Virus genome (UHGV): UHGV-0054069
Strand: one strand, 5' to 3'
Length of the DNA stretch: 64,000 nt
Source: a virus
The translations under genes were made by a program, and so were the position numbers. The first letter of the stretch is position 1, and each line of letters opens with the position of its first letter. Of this stretch, positions 33,588-41,947 are shown piece by piece. The notes beneath the pieces were generated by a model. The model was not told the DNA's origin, did no database searches, and saw nothing but the letters and a program-made list of their open reading frames with translations.

Positions 33588-34391
33588 ATGACTACTGTAA
33601 ATGAAATGCTGTCCTCAAAAGGTATTGATAGTAACTTTATGCTCAATACAATTGAAAGTCTTGCTATTGTAATGCGTAGCAACACATTCAGTTCCAAGGT
33701 AATGCCTGAATCATATCAGGTTAATGGAGATATCTCTGATGAGTCAGCGTTTCGCTCACAAGTTAAACTCCTTCTAAGTGACCGTAAACTCGCTCTGGCA
33801 TCTGTAGCGGTTGGTGTAGATGCCTTTGCTGGTTATATCTTTGATAACATGCAGACTGGTGACTTTAAAGTTCTTTCTGAGGAAGAGAAAGAAGGAATCC
33901 TTAACTTCTCTGAAGATGCTACCTTTGAGCTGATTATCAACTCAATTGCAAGTGTTATGGCTGTTCTTGAGAAGCGTGTTCAAGATAAACTTCCACGCTA
34001 TGAACAACTTGATTGGGGATTCGTAGATATCTTTGAACGAGTGCAGGAGATGGTGACCCTTACTAGTGAGCAACTTAAAGAGGTTGTTGAGCGTGAAGCT
34101 GAACATGGCATTGATGAGATTCAGGTTAAACTTACTGCATTGGTTCCATCAATCATCACTGTAATGGGTATCCACGCTCTGTTTGAAGTCGCTCAACTGA
34201 TTGATGCACCTATTGAGTTTGTTGAACAGATTGCTGGTGATGTAAGTGGTGAAGCACTACGTGAAGTCATTATGCAGACTGGTGCAGCAGTACTCCAAGA
34301 GAAAATTGCTATCCACTTCGGTGATGAGTTTGTTGAGACTCTTCAGGCTATCTCTGAAAAAGAAAAACTGGACTCTAACCAGATTCACTAA
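33588..34391 (+). CDS. hypothetical protein
   Basis: 267 aa acidic ORF. Confidence 0.45.
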   Translation: MTTVNEMLSSKGIDSNFMLNTIESLAIVMRSNTFSSKVMPESYQVNGDISDESAFRSQVKLLLSDRKLALASVAVGVDAFAGYIFDNMQTGDFKVLSEEEKEGILNFSEDATFELIINSIASVMAVLEKRVQDKLPRYEQLDWGFVDIFERVQEMVTLTSEQLKEVVEREAEHGIDEIQVKLTALVPSIITVMGIHALFEVAQLIDAPIEFVEQIAGDVSGEALREVIMQTGAAVLQEKIAIHFGDEFVETLQAISEKEKLDSNQIH

Positions 34392-34402
34392 TACAATTGT
34401 TT

Positions 34403-34434
34403 CCCCAAAGCCTCCTTAATTGGGGGCTTTTTAT
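34403..34434 (+). terminator. candidate rho-independent terminator
   Basis: CCCCAA ... TTGGGG stem followed by GCTTTTTATT. Confidence 0.35.
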
Positions 34435-34449
34435 TATGAGAGGTATATT

Positions 34450-35187
34450 ATGAAGAGTATTATTGCATTCACTGGTAAGGCACGTTCTGGTAAAGACACT
34501 TCCTGCACCATCGTTAAGAACCACTTGATTGAAGAAGGCTACGCTGTTAAAGTCTTTGCGTTCGCAGATAATCTTAAAGCAACTGCTGGAGATATCTTTG
34601 ACTTAGATTGGCAAGACTTGTATGGTGACACCAAAGAGAAACCTCAGAAATTTGACTTAACTTTCTCAAATGTGCATAGTAACGTTAAATATTCTTTCTT
34701 CAGACACTTGAAAGATAAAGGTATACATAATGATGAGAAACTTTGTGGTGAAATCACAGACAGACTTATCAAAGAACTGAAGAAGGTTGCTAAACCGACT
34801 CTCTTAACAAGGATGGGTTTCAGGAATGAATACATCTTCTCTTCACGACAAATCCAACAAGTTTGGGGTAGTGAGGTTATTCGTAAAATCCTTGGGGAGC
34901 GTTTCTGGATTATTGACCTTGCAGAAAGAATGGAAAAGTTTTATGGTGAAATAGAAAGAAAAGGCCACATTCCAGTAATCCTAATTTGTGATTTGAGGTT
35001 TGATATTGAAGCGGAATTTCTCAAGAGCTATAATAGTCAAATCATCGAAGTGACCAGAAATGGTATTGAGCAGGTTGCTTCACATCATTCTGAAAAAGGT
35101 ATCTCTCCACGATTCGAAAGAGATTTTATTCAGAATAACGGAACAATAGATGAGCTTGCAGATAAATTGAAAGTCATCATAAAATAG
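34450..35187 (+). CDS. deoxynucleoside monophosphate kinase (P-loop)
   Basis: N-terminal P-loop IAFTGKARSGKDT resembling phage dNMP kinases; start at MKSIIA with GAGAGG RBS. Confidence 0.6.
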   Translation: MKSIIAFTGKARSGKDTSCTIVKNHLIEEGYAVKVFAFADNLKATAGDIFDLDWQDLYGDTKEKPQKFDLTFSNVHSNVKYSFFRHLKDKGIHNDEKLCGEITDRLIKELKKVAKPTLLTRMGFRNEYIFSSRQIQQVWGSEVIRKILGERFWIIDLAERMEKFYGEIERKGHIPVILICDLRFDIEAEFLKSYNSQIIEVTRNGIEQVASHHSEKGISPRFERDFIQNNGTIDELADKLKVIIK

Positions 35188-35194
35188 AGAGATA

Positions 35195-35392
35195 TTGAAG
35201 ATGAGAGATAATAACTTGAAAGTTGTTGACCACCGTAGTGTAGCACTCTCATCTCTTTCTAAAGAAGTAATGATGGAGCGACTTGAAAGGGTCGCTTCTC
35301 GTCGGAAAGAGATTGCAGAAGAGATTCATGAATTAGATAAGATTGAAAACGGTCTTAAAGAAGAATTGCGTCGTAGAGGTGTCAATGGCTAA
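35195..35392 (+). CDS. hypothetical coiled-coil protein
   Basis: 65 aa ORF overlapping primase start. Confidence 0.4.
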   Translation: MKMRDNNLKVVDHRSVALSSLSKEVMMERLERVASRRKEIAEEIHELDKIENGLKEELRRRGVNG

Positions 35393-37373
35393 ACCAAGAA
35401 AATTAAAAGAAGCTGGTCAGTTTGTAGGTCACTGTGCTTGTCCAAAATGTGGTTCTTCAGATGCAGGTTCGATTTATCATCATGACGATGATTCATATTC
35501 AATGACTTGCTTTAGTTGTGGCAAGGGATTTCCAGAGTGGGATTTTGATAAAGGTCAAATTGTGAGCACTATGTCTACAGGTTCTGATAGTAAAAATCGT
35601 AAGTTTCGTGGTATGGATTTAGATGATGTTAAAGAAAACCTCGAAGCAATGGATTTAAAAGACAGGAAGATTCCTGCAAAGGTTTTAGAACGTCTTGGTA
35701 TTAAAGTTGACGTAGATGAGAATGGAGATATTGACGCTCATTTCTATCCAACTTATAAGAAAGATGAAGATGGGAAATTGAAGCATGTTGGTTATCGAGT
35801 TCGTCACAAATACCCTGATGACCACCCCAAAGAACAGCTTCGTGGTAAGTTAAAAGACTTCTCAGGTGGTGTAGGTGATATTAAAGGTGAACTGGCGATG
35901 TTCGGTTCATGGATTGCACCTGAAGGTGGTAATCGCTTATTCATCTGGGAAGGTGAGATGGAATGTGCTACAGCAGTCTATATGACTTCTTTGGCAATTA
36001 AGGATAAGTCACGTAGAAAGAACTACTGTCACGTATCTGTCCCATCTGGTGCAAACGTTAAGTCTATCAAGGAGAACTATCAGTACATCACATCCTTTGA
36101 TGAGATTTACCTTTGCTTCGACAACGATGAAGCAGGTGCCAAGGTAACTAAGGAAGCTGCTGGTATCCTTCCTATTGAAAAGGTTCGACTGTTCCAGTAC
36201 CCTGAAGGTGTCAAAGACCTTAGCGAGTGGTGGACTAAATTCTTTAAAGACAAAGATACAGTCTTAGAAGGGTTTAAGCAGAGAATCTATAATGCACCTC
36301 GTTACTGCCCTGCTGGTATTAAGAACTTTGCAGACGGTTTCGAAGCAATGAAGAATCGTGGTCAGATTCCTTTGATTCCTTTTCCAGAATCTTTCGGGGA
36401 TTTGAACAAGTTAACTTATGGTGGTTATGGGTTAGGCGAAATCACTACACTGGCTGCACCGTCATCTGTTGGTAAATCTGCCTATACTCGTGAAATGATT
36501 TATACAGCATGGAAAGATACTGAGTACAACATTGGTGTAATTCCAGTGGAGGACACTTATGAAGAACTTATGGAGATGCTCTGTGCAATCCACCTTAGTA
36601 AGCAGATTTCAGAGATTCCTTACGATGAACGTAATTGGGATGAATTGAAGGTAGCACACGCAGAACTGTCTAAAGGTCGCCGTATCCACATCGTAGACCA
36701 CCAAGGGGCAATTGACCAAGATAACCTGCTGGAGTTTGTTGACTACCTTGTTAACAGTTTAGACTGTAAGATTATTATTCTTGACCCTATTACGTTGGCT
36801 CTGTCACGTTCTGATACGGATGAAGAGGAAGTATTGTCTGAACTATTGCGTCGTTGCAAACGCTACCAGTATGCACAGGTAAACGTCTGTCACGTTCGTA
36901 AAAGTGCAGGTGGTCAGAAGGCTAACTCTGAAGGTGGTGATATCTCCGAAGAGGATATCAAAGGTTCTGGTGCATACTTCCAGATTTCCATGAACAATAT
37001 TTTGTTAATGCGTAACAAGGTTGACCCAGACCCTGTTAAGAAAAACTTAACAAAAATCAAGTTAACTAAATGTCGTCGTCATGGTAAATCCACTGGTATT
37101 GCTGGTCACACTTGGTATAACCCAGAGACAGGCCGTCTTATCAAGGCTGCTGGTTGTGGTGTTGATATTGATGGTGCAGCAGAGAATATCCGTCAGCAGT
37201 TTGGTATTGGTAATGCCGAAGACCATTATGATGACACTATGCCACACTATGAAGATGAAGTATTTGACCGTGACACTGGAGAGTTGTATACTCAAGAACA
37301 ACGTCAGAGTTCTACAATCCCTCCTGTAATCAATGAGGATGGTGATGATGACTGCCCGTTTGAAACTGACTGA
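35385..37373 (+). CDS. DNA primase-helicase (T7 gp4-like)
   Basis: N-terminal Cys4 zinc-binding motif (CPKCGSSD...CFSCGKGF), central primase region, DnaB-type Walker A AAPSSVGKSAYT; start at MAKPRK. Confidence 0.75.
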   Translation: MAKPRKLKEAGQFVGHCACPKCGSSDAGSIYHHDDDSYSMTCFSCGKGFPEWDFDKGQIVSTMSTGSDSKNRKFRGMDLDDVKENLEAMDLKDRKIPAKVLERLGIKVDVDENGDIDAHFYPTYKKDEDGKLKHVGYRVRHKYPDDHPKEQLRGKLKDFSGGVGDIKGELAMFGSWIAPEGGNRLFIWEGEMECATAVYMTSLAIKDKSRRKNYCHVSVPSGANVKSIKENYQYITSFDEIYLCFDNDEAGAKVTKEAAGILPIEKVRLFQYPEGVKDLSEWWTKFFKDKDTVLEGFKQRIYNAPRYCPAGIKNFADGFEAMKNRGQIPLIPFPESFGDLNKLTYGGYGLGEITTLAAPSSVGKSAYTREMIYTAWKDTEYNIGVIPVEDTYEELMEMLCAIHLSKQISEIPYDERNWDELKVAHAELSKGRRIHIVDHQGAIDQDNLLEFVDYLVNSLDCKIIILDPITLALSRSDTDEEEVLSELLRRCKRYQYAQVNVCHVRKSAGGQKANSEGGDISEEDIKGSGAYFQISMNNILLMRNKVDPDPVKKNLTKIKLTKCRRHGKSTGIAGHTWYNPETGRLIKAAGCGVDIDGAAENIRQQFGIGNAEDHYDDTMPHYEDEVFDRDTGELYTQEQRQSSTIPPVINEDGDDDCPFETD

Positions 37374-37626
37374 TAGTTATATTAAGGAGGGCTTCACGCC
37401 CTTCTATTCAGAGAGTAGTACTAAACATTTTGCAAAAGAATGCTTGACGAAGATTGAAGATTTCGCTAAAGTACTAATCAACAAGGGGCATGATGTTAAT
37501 TTTGAGCATCAAAGCCGTAAAGATAAAGATTTGTTTGCACTGTCAATTGACCATGCCGATACAATTTATCTTTTCACCTTGACTTTAAAAACATTTGAAT
37601 ATGAAATATATCGGAGCACAAAATGA
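37333..37626 (+). CDS. hypothetical protein
   Basis: 97 aa ORF overlapping primase-helicase 3' end. Confidence 0.4.
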   Translation: MRMVMMTARLKLTDSYIKEGFTPFYSESSTKHFAKECLTKIEDFAKVLINKGHDVNFEHQSRKDKDLFALSIDHADTIYLFTLTLKTFEYEIYRSTK

Positions 37627-37760
37627 AACACTCTAAAGCATTTGAAGCAGTATTTGGCGATTCCATGAAAGCAACTGCTGGTAAGTCTGCTGCACATTAC
37701 CAAATGAAGCGAGTTCGCAATGGTAAGACTGCTCGCAAAGCTGCTAAGAAAGCTGCTTAA
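37623..37760 (+). CDS. small basic protein (45 aa, hypothetical)
   Basis: ATGA overlap with upstream stop; Lys/Ala-rich; below ORF-track size cutoff. Confidence 0.3.
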   Translation: MKHSKAFEAVFGDSMKATAGKSAAHYQMKRVRNGKTARKAAKKAA

Positions 37761-37765
37761 AATGT

Positions 37766-37794
37766 TTGACAGGGGAGTATGAAGCATGTAATAT
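37766..37794 (+). promoter_or_regulatory. sigma70-type promoter with hairpin spanning spacer
   Basis: TTGACA-N17-TAATAT; inverted repeat GGGAGTA ... TACTCCC bracketing the -10. Confidence 0.45.
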
Positions 37795-37847
37795 TGTACT
37801 CCCAATAAGATTTGAATTGATAGTTAATTTGAGAAAGAGGTATTAAA

Positions 37848-38702
37848 ATGTCTAAAGTTGTTAAAATGAAATCTCCGGTAGAAAAATACAACGGTAAAGA
37901 ACTGGAAACTTATCGTTATCTGCTGAAAGATGTTTGGTTCTACTACCTAAATACTATTCCACGTCCTCAGAAGGGTAAGTCTGTAGACAAGCATTTCCCA
38001 GGCAAAGATTGCAACTACAGTGTTTCTATTCTTGCAAAAGACGGTAACAAACTCTTTAAAGAGTTCACCAAGTCTAAAAAGAATCCTGATGGTTGGGATA
38101 AGGTCACTACAGAGACTGTTGATGCAGATGACTTTGAAGAGAAGTTTGGTTGTGAGCCTCCATTCGAAGCTGACACTTATTACATTCTGAAGGTTAGCCG
38201 TTCAGCAGCTTATAAAGATGGTGCTGTATGGTCAGCAAAACAGAGTTTCCCTGTAATGCTTGTTGAAGAACTGAATGGTAAACGTGTTGCGGTTAAGCAG
38301 CCTATGAAGAAAATTAAGGCAGCAAAATCTGACAAGCATGACGATGACAAGACCTACGATGTAGTTTGTCCAGATATTGCAGTTGGTAACGGTTCTTTTG
38401 GTAGTGTGATTCTTTCGACTCACTTCTACACCTTTGAAGGTAACGTTCTGACTAAGCCAATTCAGGAGCAGTTTATCATTGATACTCTGGTTCCATACAC
38501 TGGTGGTACTGGTGGTGCAACCGAGACTGAACTTGATGAAGACGAACTGGCACTGCTTGGTCTCGCAGGTGTTGAAGATAACGGTGAAATCTCTGAAGAA
38601 GATGCAAAAGATTCTGATGAAGATAAAGGTAGCGATGACGATGATGACGATGACCTGCCAACACCGGATGATGACGAAGACGACTTTGATACTGAAGATT
38701 AA
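37848..38702 (+). CDS. single-stranded DNA-binding protein (putative)
   Basis: Extremely acidic C-terminal tail (DDDDDDDLPTPDDDEDDFDTED) with aromatic residue, located between primase-helicase and exonuclease. Confidence 0.45.
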   Translation: MSKVVKMKSPVEKYNGKELETYRYLLKDVWFYYLNTIPRPQKGKSVDKHFPGKDCNYSVSILAKDGNKLFKEFTKSKKNPDGWDKVTTETVDADDFEEKFGCEPPFEADTYYILKVSRSAAYKDGAVWSAKQSFPVMLVEELNGKRVAVKQPMKKIKAAKSDKHDDDKTYDVVCPDIAVGNGSFGSVILSTHFYTFEGNVLTKPIQEQFIIDTLVPYTGGTGGATETELDEDELALLGLAGVEDNGEISEEDAKDSDEDKGSDDDDDDDLPTPDDDEDDFDTED

Positions 38703-38720
38703 TTATCAGTAGTTACTACA

Positions 38721-38752
38721 AAGCCCTGTACAGAACGTATGGGGCTTTTTCG
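38721..38752 (+). terminator. candidate rho-independent terminator
   Basis: AAGCCCT ... GGGGCTT stem followed by TTTTT. Confidence 0.35.
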
Positions 38753-38765
38753 TATGGAGGGTACA

Positions 38766-39806
38766 ATGAATCAATATACACTTACAAAGCTCCCAGAAAG
38801 CGTTACACACGTCTTTATTGACGCAGACAGCATTGCTTACAAGGGTGCTTGTGTAGTTGAAAAAGCAAAGTACAAGTATGTGAATAGACTTACCGCTGAA
38901 GAGTCTGATGACTTTGATAGTGCTAAGTTAGCTTCACAATGGTTAGCTGACCAGAGAGTTCTTACAGAGGAACTTGGACTTGACTTTGATGAAGATGAAT
39001 GGGAAAGACAGACTTGGAAGGAAGCCAAGAGCGAAAAAGAAGCTATTATGGCGACTCAGCAGGTTCTTCAAGAATGGCTTAAAGTTGTCGGTAAAGAGCG
39101 TCAATGGATGGGTTACCTGACTGAGAAGGGTGTTCACAAACACAAAGACATTAAAGGTCTTGAACATCAATATCAAGGTAACAGGAAAGATGCGGTGACA
39201 CCTACGCACCTAGTTGCTTGTCGTGAGTATCTTCTGTCACGAACTGAGTTTAAGCTTCTCAAAGGTGGCTTTGAAGCTGACTCAATCGTTATTGCAAAAG
39301 CTGAAAAGATGGGTAAAAAAGCTGCTCTTATGAGTATTGATAAAGACCTTCGTCAAGCTGAAGGGACATATTGTATTGATATGACTTATGAGAAAGCACC
39401 ACTTATCTTTATTGCTGATAATAACGTTGGAGAGATTTGGGATTGCCCTATCAAATCCAAACCAAAAGCTAAGAAGACAGTCGGAGTAGGCTTCAAATTC
39501 CTCTGCTATCAAGCTGTAGCAGGTGATAATGCAGATAACTACTTTGGCCTTAAGGGTGCTGGTAAAGTTGCTGTAATGAACGCTCTGGAAGGTAAAACAA
39601 CCTACAGAGAATGTTTAGATGCTGTTTATGAGTTGTATGCAAAGAAAGACTCTTACACCTATGTGTCGTGGGACGGTCAAACAATTACCAGAACACCTTT
39701 AGAGTTAATGCACCAGCACTTCTGGATTGCATACCAAGAGCGAAATCCAAAGGATGATTTCACGTTTGAAAAATATGGATGGGAGCCTACTATGAATGAA
39801 GATTAA
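38766..39806 (+). CDS. 5'-3' exonuclease / flap endonuclease (FEN family)
   Basis: N-terminal acidic cluster FIDADSIAYKG and H3TH-like motif AGDNADNYFGLKGAGKVAV; start at MNQYTL with GGAGGG RBS. Confidence 0.6.
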   Translation: MNQYTLTKLPESVTHVFIDADSIAYKGACVVEKAKYKYVNRLTAEESDDFDSAKLASQWLADQRVLTEELGLDFDEDEWERQTWKEAKSEKEAIMATQQVLQEWLKVVGKERQWMGYLTEKGVHKHKDIKGLEHQYQGNRKDAVTPTHLVACREYLLSRTEFKLLKGGFEADSIVIAKAEKMGKKAALMSIDKDLRQAEGTYCIDMTYEKAPLIFIADNNVGEIWDCPIKSKPKAKKTVGVGFKFLCYQAVAGDNADNYFGLKGAGKVAVMNALEGKTTYRECLDAVYELYAKKDSYTYVSWDGQTITRTPLELMHQHFWIAYQERNPKDDFTFEKYGWEPTMNED

Positions 39807-40296
39807 AGGTTTCGGTAATTGCCCTGTTTATGGTCATTGGGTATCTTTATGCGGGGAAGTTGACCCAGCTAAACTGTTCGGGTTTGTCTACCTAGTCTAT
39901 TGTAAGAAAACTGGACAGTATTACATTGGTAAAAAGCAGTTCAATAGTATCACTAAGAAGAAGGTTGCTGGAAAGACCAGACGTAAGGTTGTCACCAAAG
40001 AGAGTGACTGGATGGTTTACCAGACTTCTTCTGAGTACATTAAGAAAGATATTGAAGCTTTTGGTATGAAAGAGTTTGACTTCTACATTGTGCAAACCTA
40101 TTATACACGAGGTGGGTTAGTCTATGGAGAAGCAAATCTCCAACATAAGTTCGATGTTATGACAAAAAGGATTGACTCGAAACTCAGACTCTTCTACAAT
40201 GCCAATATTGCAGCTATCAAGTTCCTTACAAAAGAAACTTATGAAGAAGCTGAGAAACGTATTAACAAAATCATGAAACTTAATGAGAGAGAATAA
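39796..40296 (+). CDS. GIY-YIG nuclease family protein (homing endonuclease-like)
   Basis: VYLVY ... YYIGKK motif pair with correct spacing; overlaps exonuclease stop. Confidence 0.5.
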   Translation: MKIKGFGNCPVYGHWVSLCGEVDPAKLFGFVYLVYCKKTGQYYIGKKQFNSITKKKVAGKTRRKVVTKESDWMVYQTSSEYIKKDIEAFGMKEFDFYIVQTYYTRGGLVYGEANLQHKFDVMTKRIDSKLRLFYNANIAAIKFLTKETYEEAEKRINKIMKLNERE

Positions 40297-40510
40297 GATT
40301 ATGTTTAACAAACTTAAGAATGACCACGTAGCTAAAATTGACAGCCATATTGCAGCACTGAAAGATGCAATCGTCAAAGCTAAAGCAGCTACGGAGTCCG
40401 AAATGGAGGCTCTTGAGTCCCAGATTCAGCAACTGATTAACAAACGTGTTGAACTGAAAGGCCGACTGGATTATATTGAGTCTCAGCAGAAACTATTTCA
40501 GGAGGTTTAA
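40283..40510 (+). CDS. hypothetical coiled-coil protein
   Basis: 75 aa ORF. Confidence 0.4.
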   Translation: MRENKIMFNKLKNDHVAKIDSHIAALKDAIVKAKAATESEMEALESQIQQLINKRVELKGRLDYIESQQKLFQEV

Positions 40511-41265
40511 TGTTTAATTCCAGAGAATCCGTTTTAACTTGGAATCAGCGTTGTGGTAATACCCCGTTGACTCCTTATACACATGATTACTGGTCTTCAA
40601 TGCGTAGTCAAGCACTTTGCATGTTAGAAGAAGCCAAAGAGCTTTTGAAAGCGGTTGATGAAAAAGACCCTATTGAGGCTCTTGATGCTCAGGCAGATTT
40701 ACAGTATGTTCTTGATGGACTGATTTACCTTTCACAGCATGACCATGACGGAGCTATGAAAGCAGTCTGTGAGAATAACAACCTGAAGTATACTGATAAC
40801 TACGAAGAAGCTTTGAAGCGTCTTGCAGATATCGAGAAACGTACTGGTGATGAATGTCGTGTACGTGCTTCAATGATTGACGGAAAAGAATGGTACGCCA
40901 TTGTCCGTGAATCTGATAAGAAGATTATGAAGCAGTCTAATCTTCCTAAAGTACAGCTTGCAGAGTTCATCGCGGAACTTGAAAGCAAAGAATTGTTCGT
41001 GGTAACATCTGACACATGCGTTATCTGTAAAGGTCTTGTAGGAAGCTTAAAAGACCTTGGATTGAGTGACTTCACTGAAGTTCGACCAATCAGTTCAAAA
41101 GCAGACAAAGACTTCTGCAAAGAAAACGGATTATGGCTTGCAGATATTGTTTACTATGACGGTGAGAAGTTCCATGTGACCTCATACCCGAAACTGAACT
41201 ATGATGCAAATAACCTGAAGAATTGGTTAAAAGGGGTTGGTTATAATGGATTCACAGAACATTAA
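40510..41265 (+). CDS. hypothetical protein; N-terminal MazG-like all-alpha NTP pyrophosphohydrolase-like region (tentative)
   Basis: N-terminal helical segment with EE..E..D / EALDAQADLQYVLDGL pattern; C-terminal half unknown with CVIC motif. Confidence 0.35.
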   Translation: MFNSRESVLTWNQRCGNTPLTPYTHDYWSSMRSQALCMLEEAKELLKAVDEKDPIEALDAQADLQYVLDGLIYLSQHDHDGAMKAVCENNNLKYTDNYEEALKRLADIEKRTGDECRVRASMIDGKEWYAIVRESDKKIMKQSNLPKVQLAEFIAELESKELFVVTSDTCVICKGLVGSLKDLGLSDFTEVRPISSKADKDFCKENGLWLADIVYYDGEKFHVTSYPKLNYDANNLKNWLKGVGYNGFTEH

Positions 41266-41569
41266 TATTGAAGAGGTGGCTCCAAAGAGCCATTTCTCAA
41301 ACTACAATCTCTCTATGACAGTGTTTATGAAGGATTCACTGTTAGCAAAATATGGAGAGACACCAGAAACTTTACTGGATAATGAGCAAGTTTTAAAGGC
41401 TGTACTTTTTAAGTTTGGGTTGAACATCGACAAACCATATTCTTATGAGATTTGTCAGCACCGTAATACATTCGGTAAAGTTGTGACTGCTCCACTGTTC
41501 ATGGGTGTTGAACGCACTGATGATGGTTGGATTTACCTAAAACGAAACTTGGATAAATACCATGTCTAA
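41237..41569 (+). CDS. hypothetical protein
   Basis: 110 aa ORF. Confidence 0.4.
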   Translation: MVIMDSQNINIEEVAPKSHFSNYNLSMTVFMKDSLLAKYGETPETLLDNEQVLKAVLFKFGLNIDKPYSYEICQHRNTFGKVVTAPLFMGVERTDDGWIYLKRNLDKYHV

Positions 41570-41897
41570 AGCAAAGAAGCTTACAATTGAAGATGTAAAA
41601 GCTGGCGTTGAACTTGGAGTTGATAAGTTTGACAAACCTTTACGATTCGGTGACATAGTGATGTACACAGAAGATTGTAAAGGGCGAAGTGATATAAAGT
41701 TTGGTCGTGTTACTGGTAAGAAGCGTGGTAACTTTGTTATTTCACGAATGGAAGACAACCTGCACGAAAACCTTGAAAAACTGTTCGATGAAACTAAACG
41801 TTGGTGGTACTGCAACGCAATGTCGAAAGCTTCACTGACTAAGGTTTCTAACAAGTTCTATGAACTTTGGCAAAATAAACAAATATTTAGCATTTAA
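41562..41897 (+). CDS. hypothetical protein
   Basis: 111 aa ORF followed by terminator. Confidence 0.4.
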   Translation: MSKAKKLTIEDVKAGVELGVDKFDKPLRFGDIVMYTEDCKGRSDIKFGRVTGKKRGNFVISRMEDNLHENLEKLFDETKRWWYCNAMSKASLTKVSNKFYELWQNKQIFSI

Positions 41898-41904
41898 TCT
41901 CTAA

Positions 41905-41929
41905 GGGGTCTCTTCGGAGACCCTTTTTC
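41905..41929 (+). terminator. rho-independent terminator
   Basis: GGGGTCTC-TTCG-GAGACCC followed by TTTTT. Confidence 0.65.
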
Positions 41930-41947
41930 ACCTGTAGGATTCAAACA

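Noticed and set aside
37848-38702. Acidic-tailed protein as an Ocr/ArdA-like DNA-mimic anti-restriction protein
   Set aside because: Acidity is confined to the C-terminal tail rather than spread over a DNA-shaped surface, and the gene sits between primase-helicase and exonuclease, the usual SSB position; SSB is more parsimonious, though the mimic idea is not excluded.
38476-38712. His/Gln-rich and Met/Thr-rich ORFs overlapping the 3' end of the SSB-like gene
   Set aside because: They are alternative-frame readings of the GAT/GAC-rich acidic-tail coding region; low-complexity artefacts.
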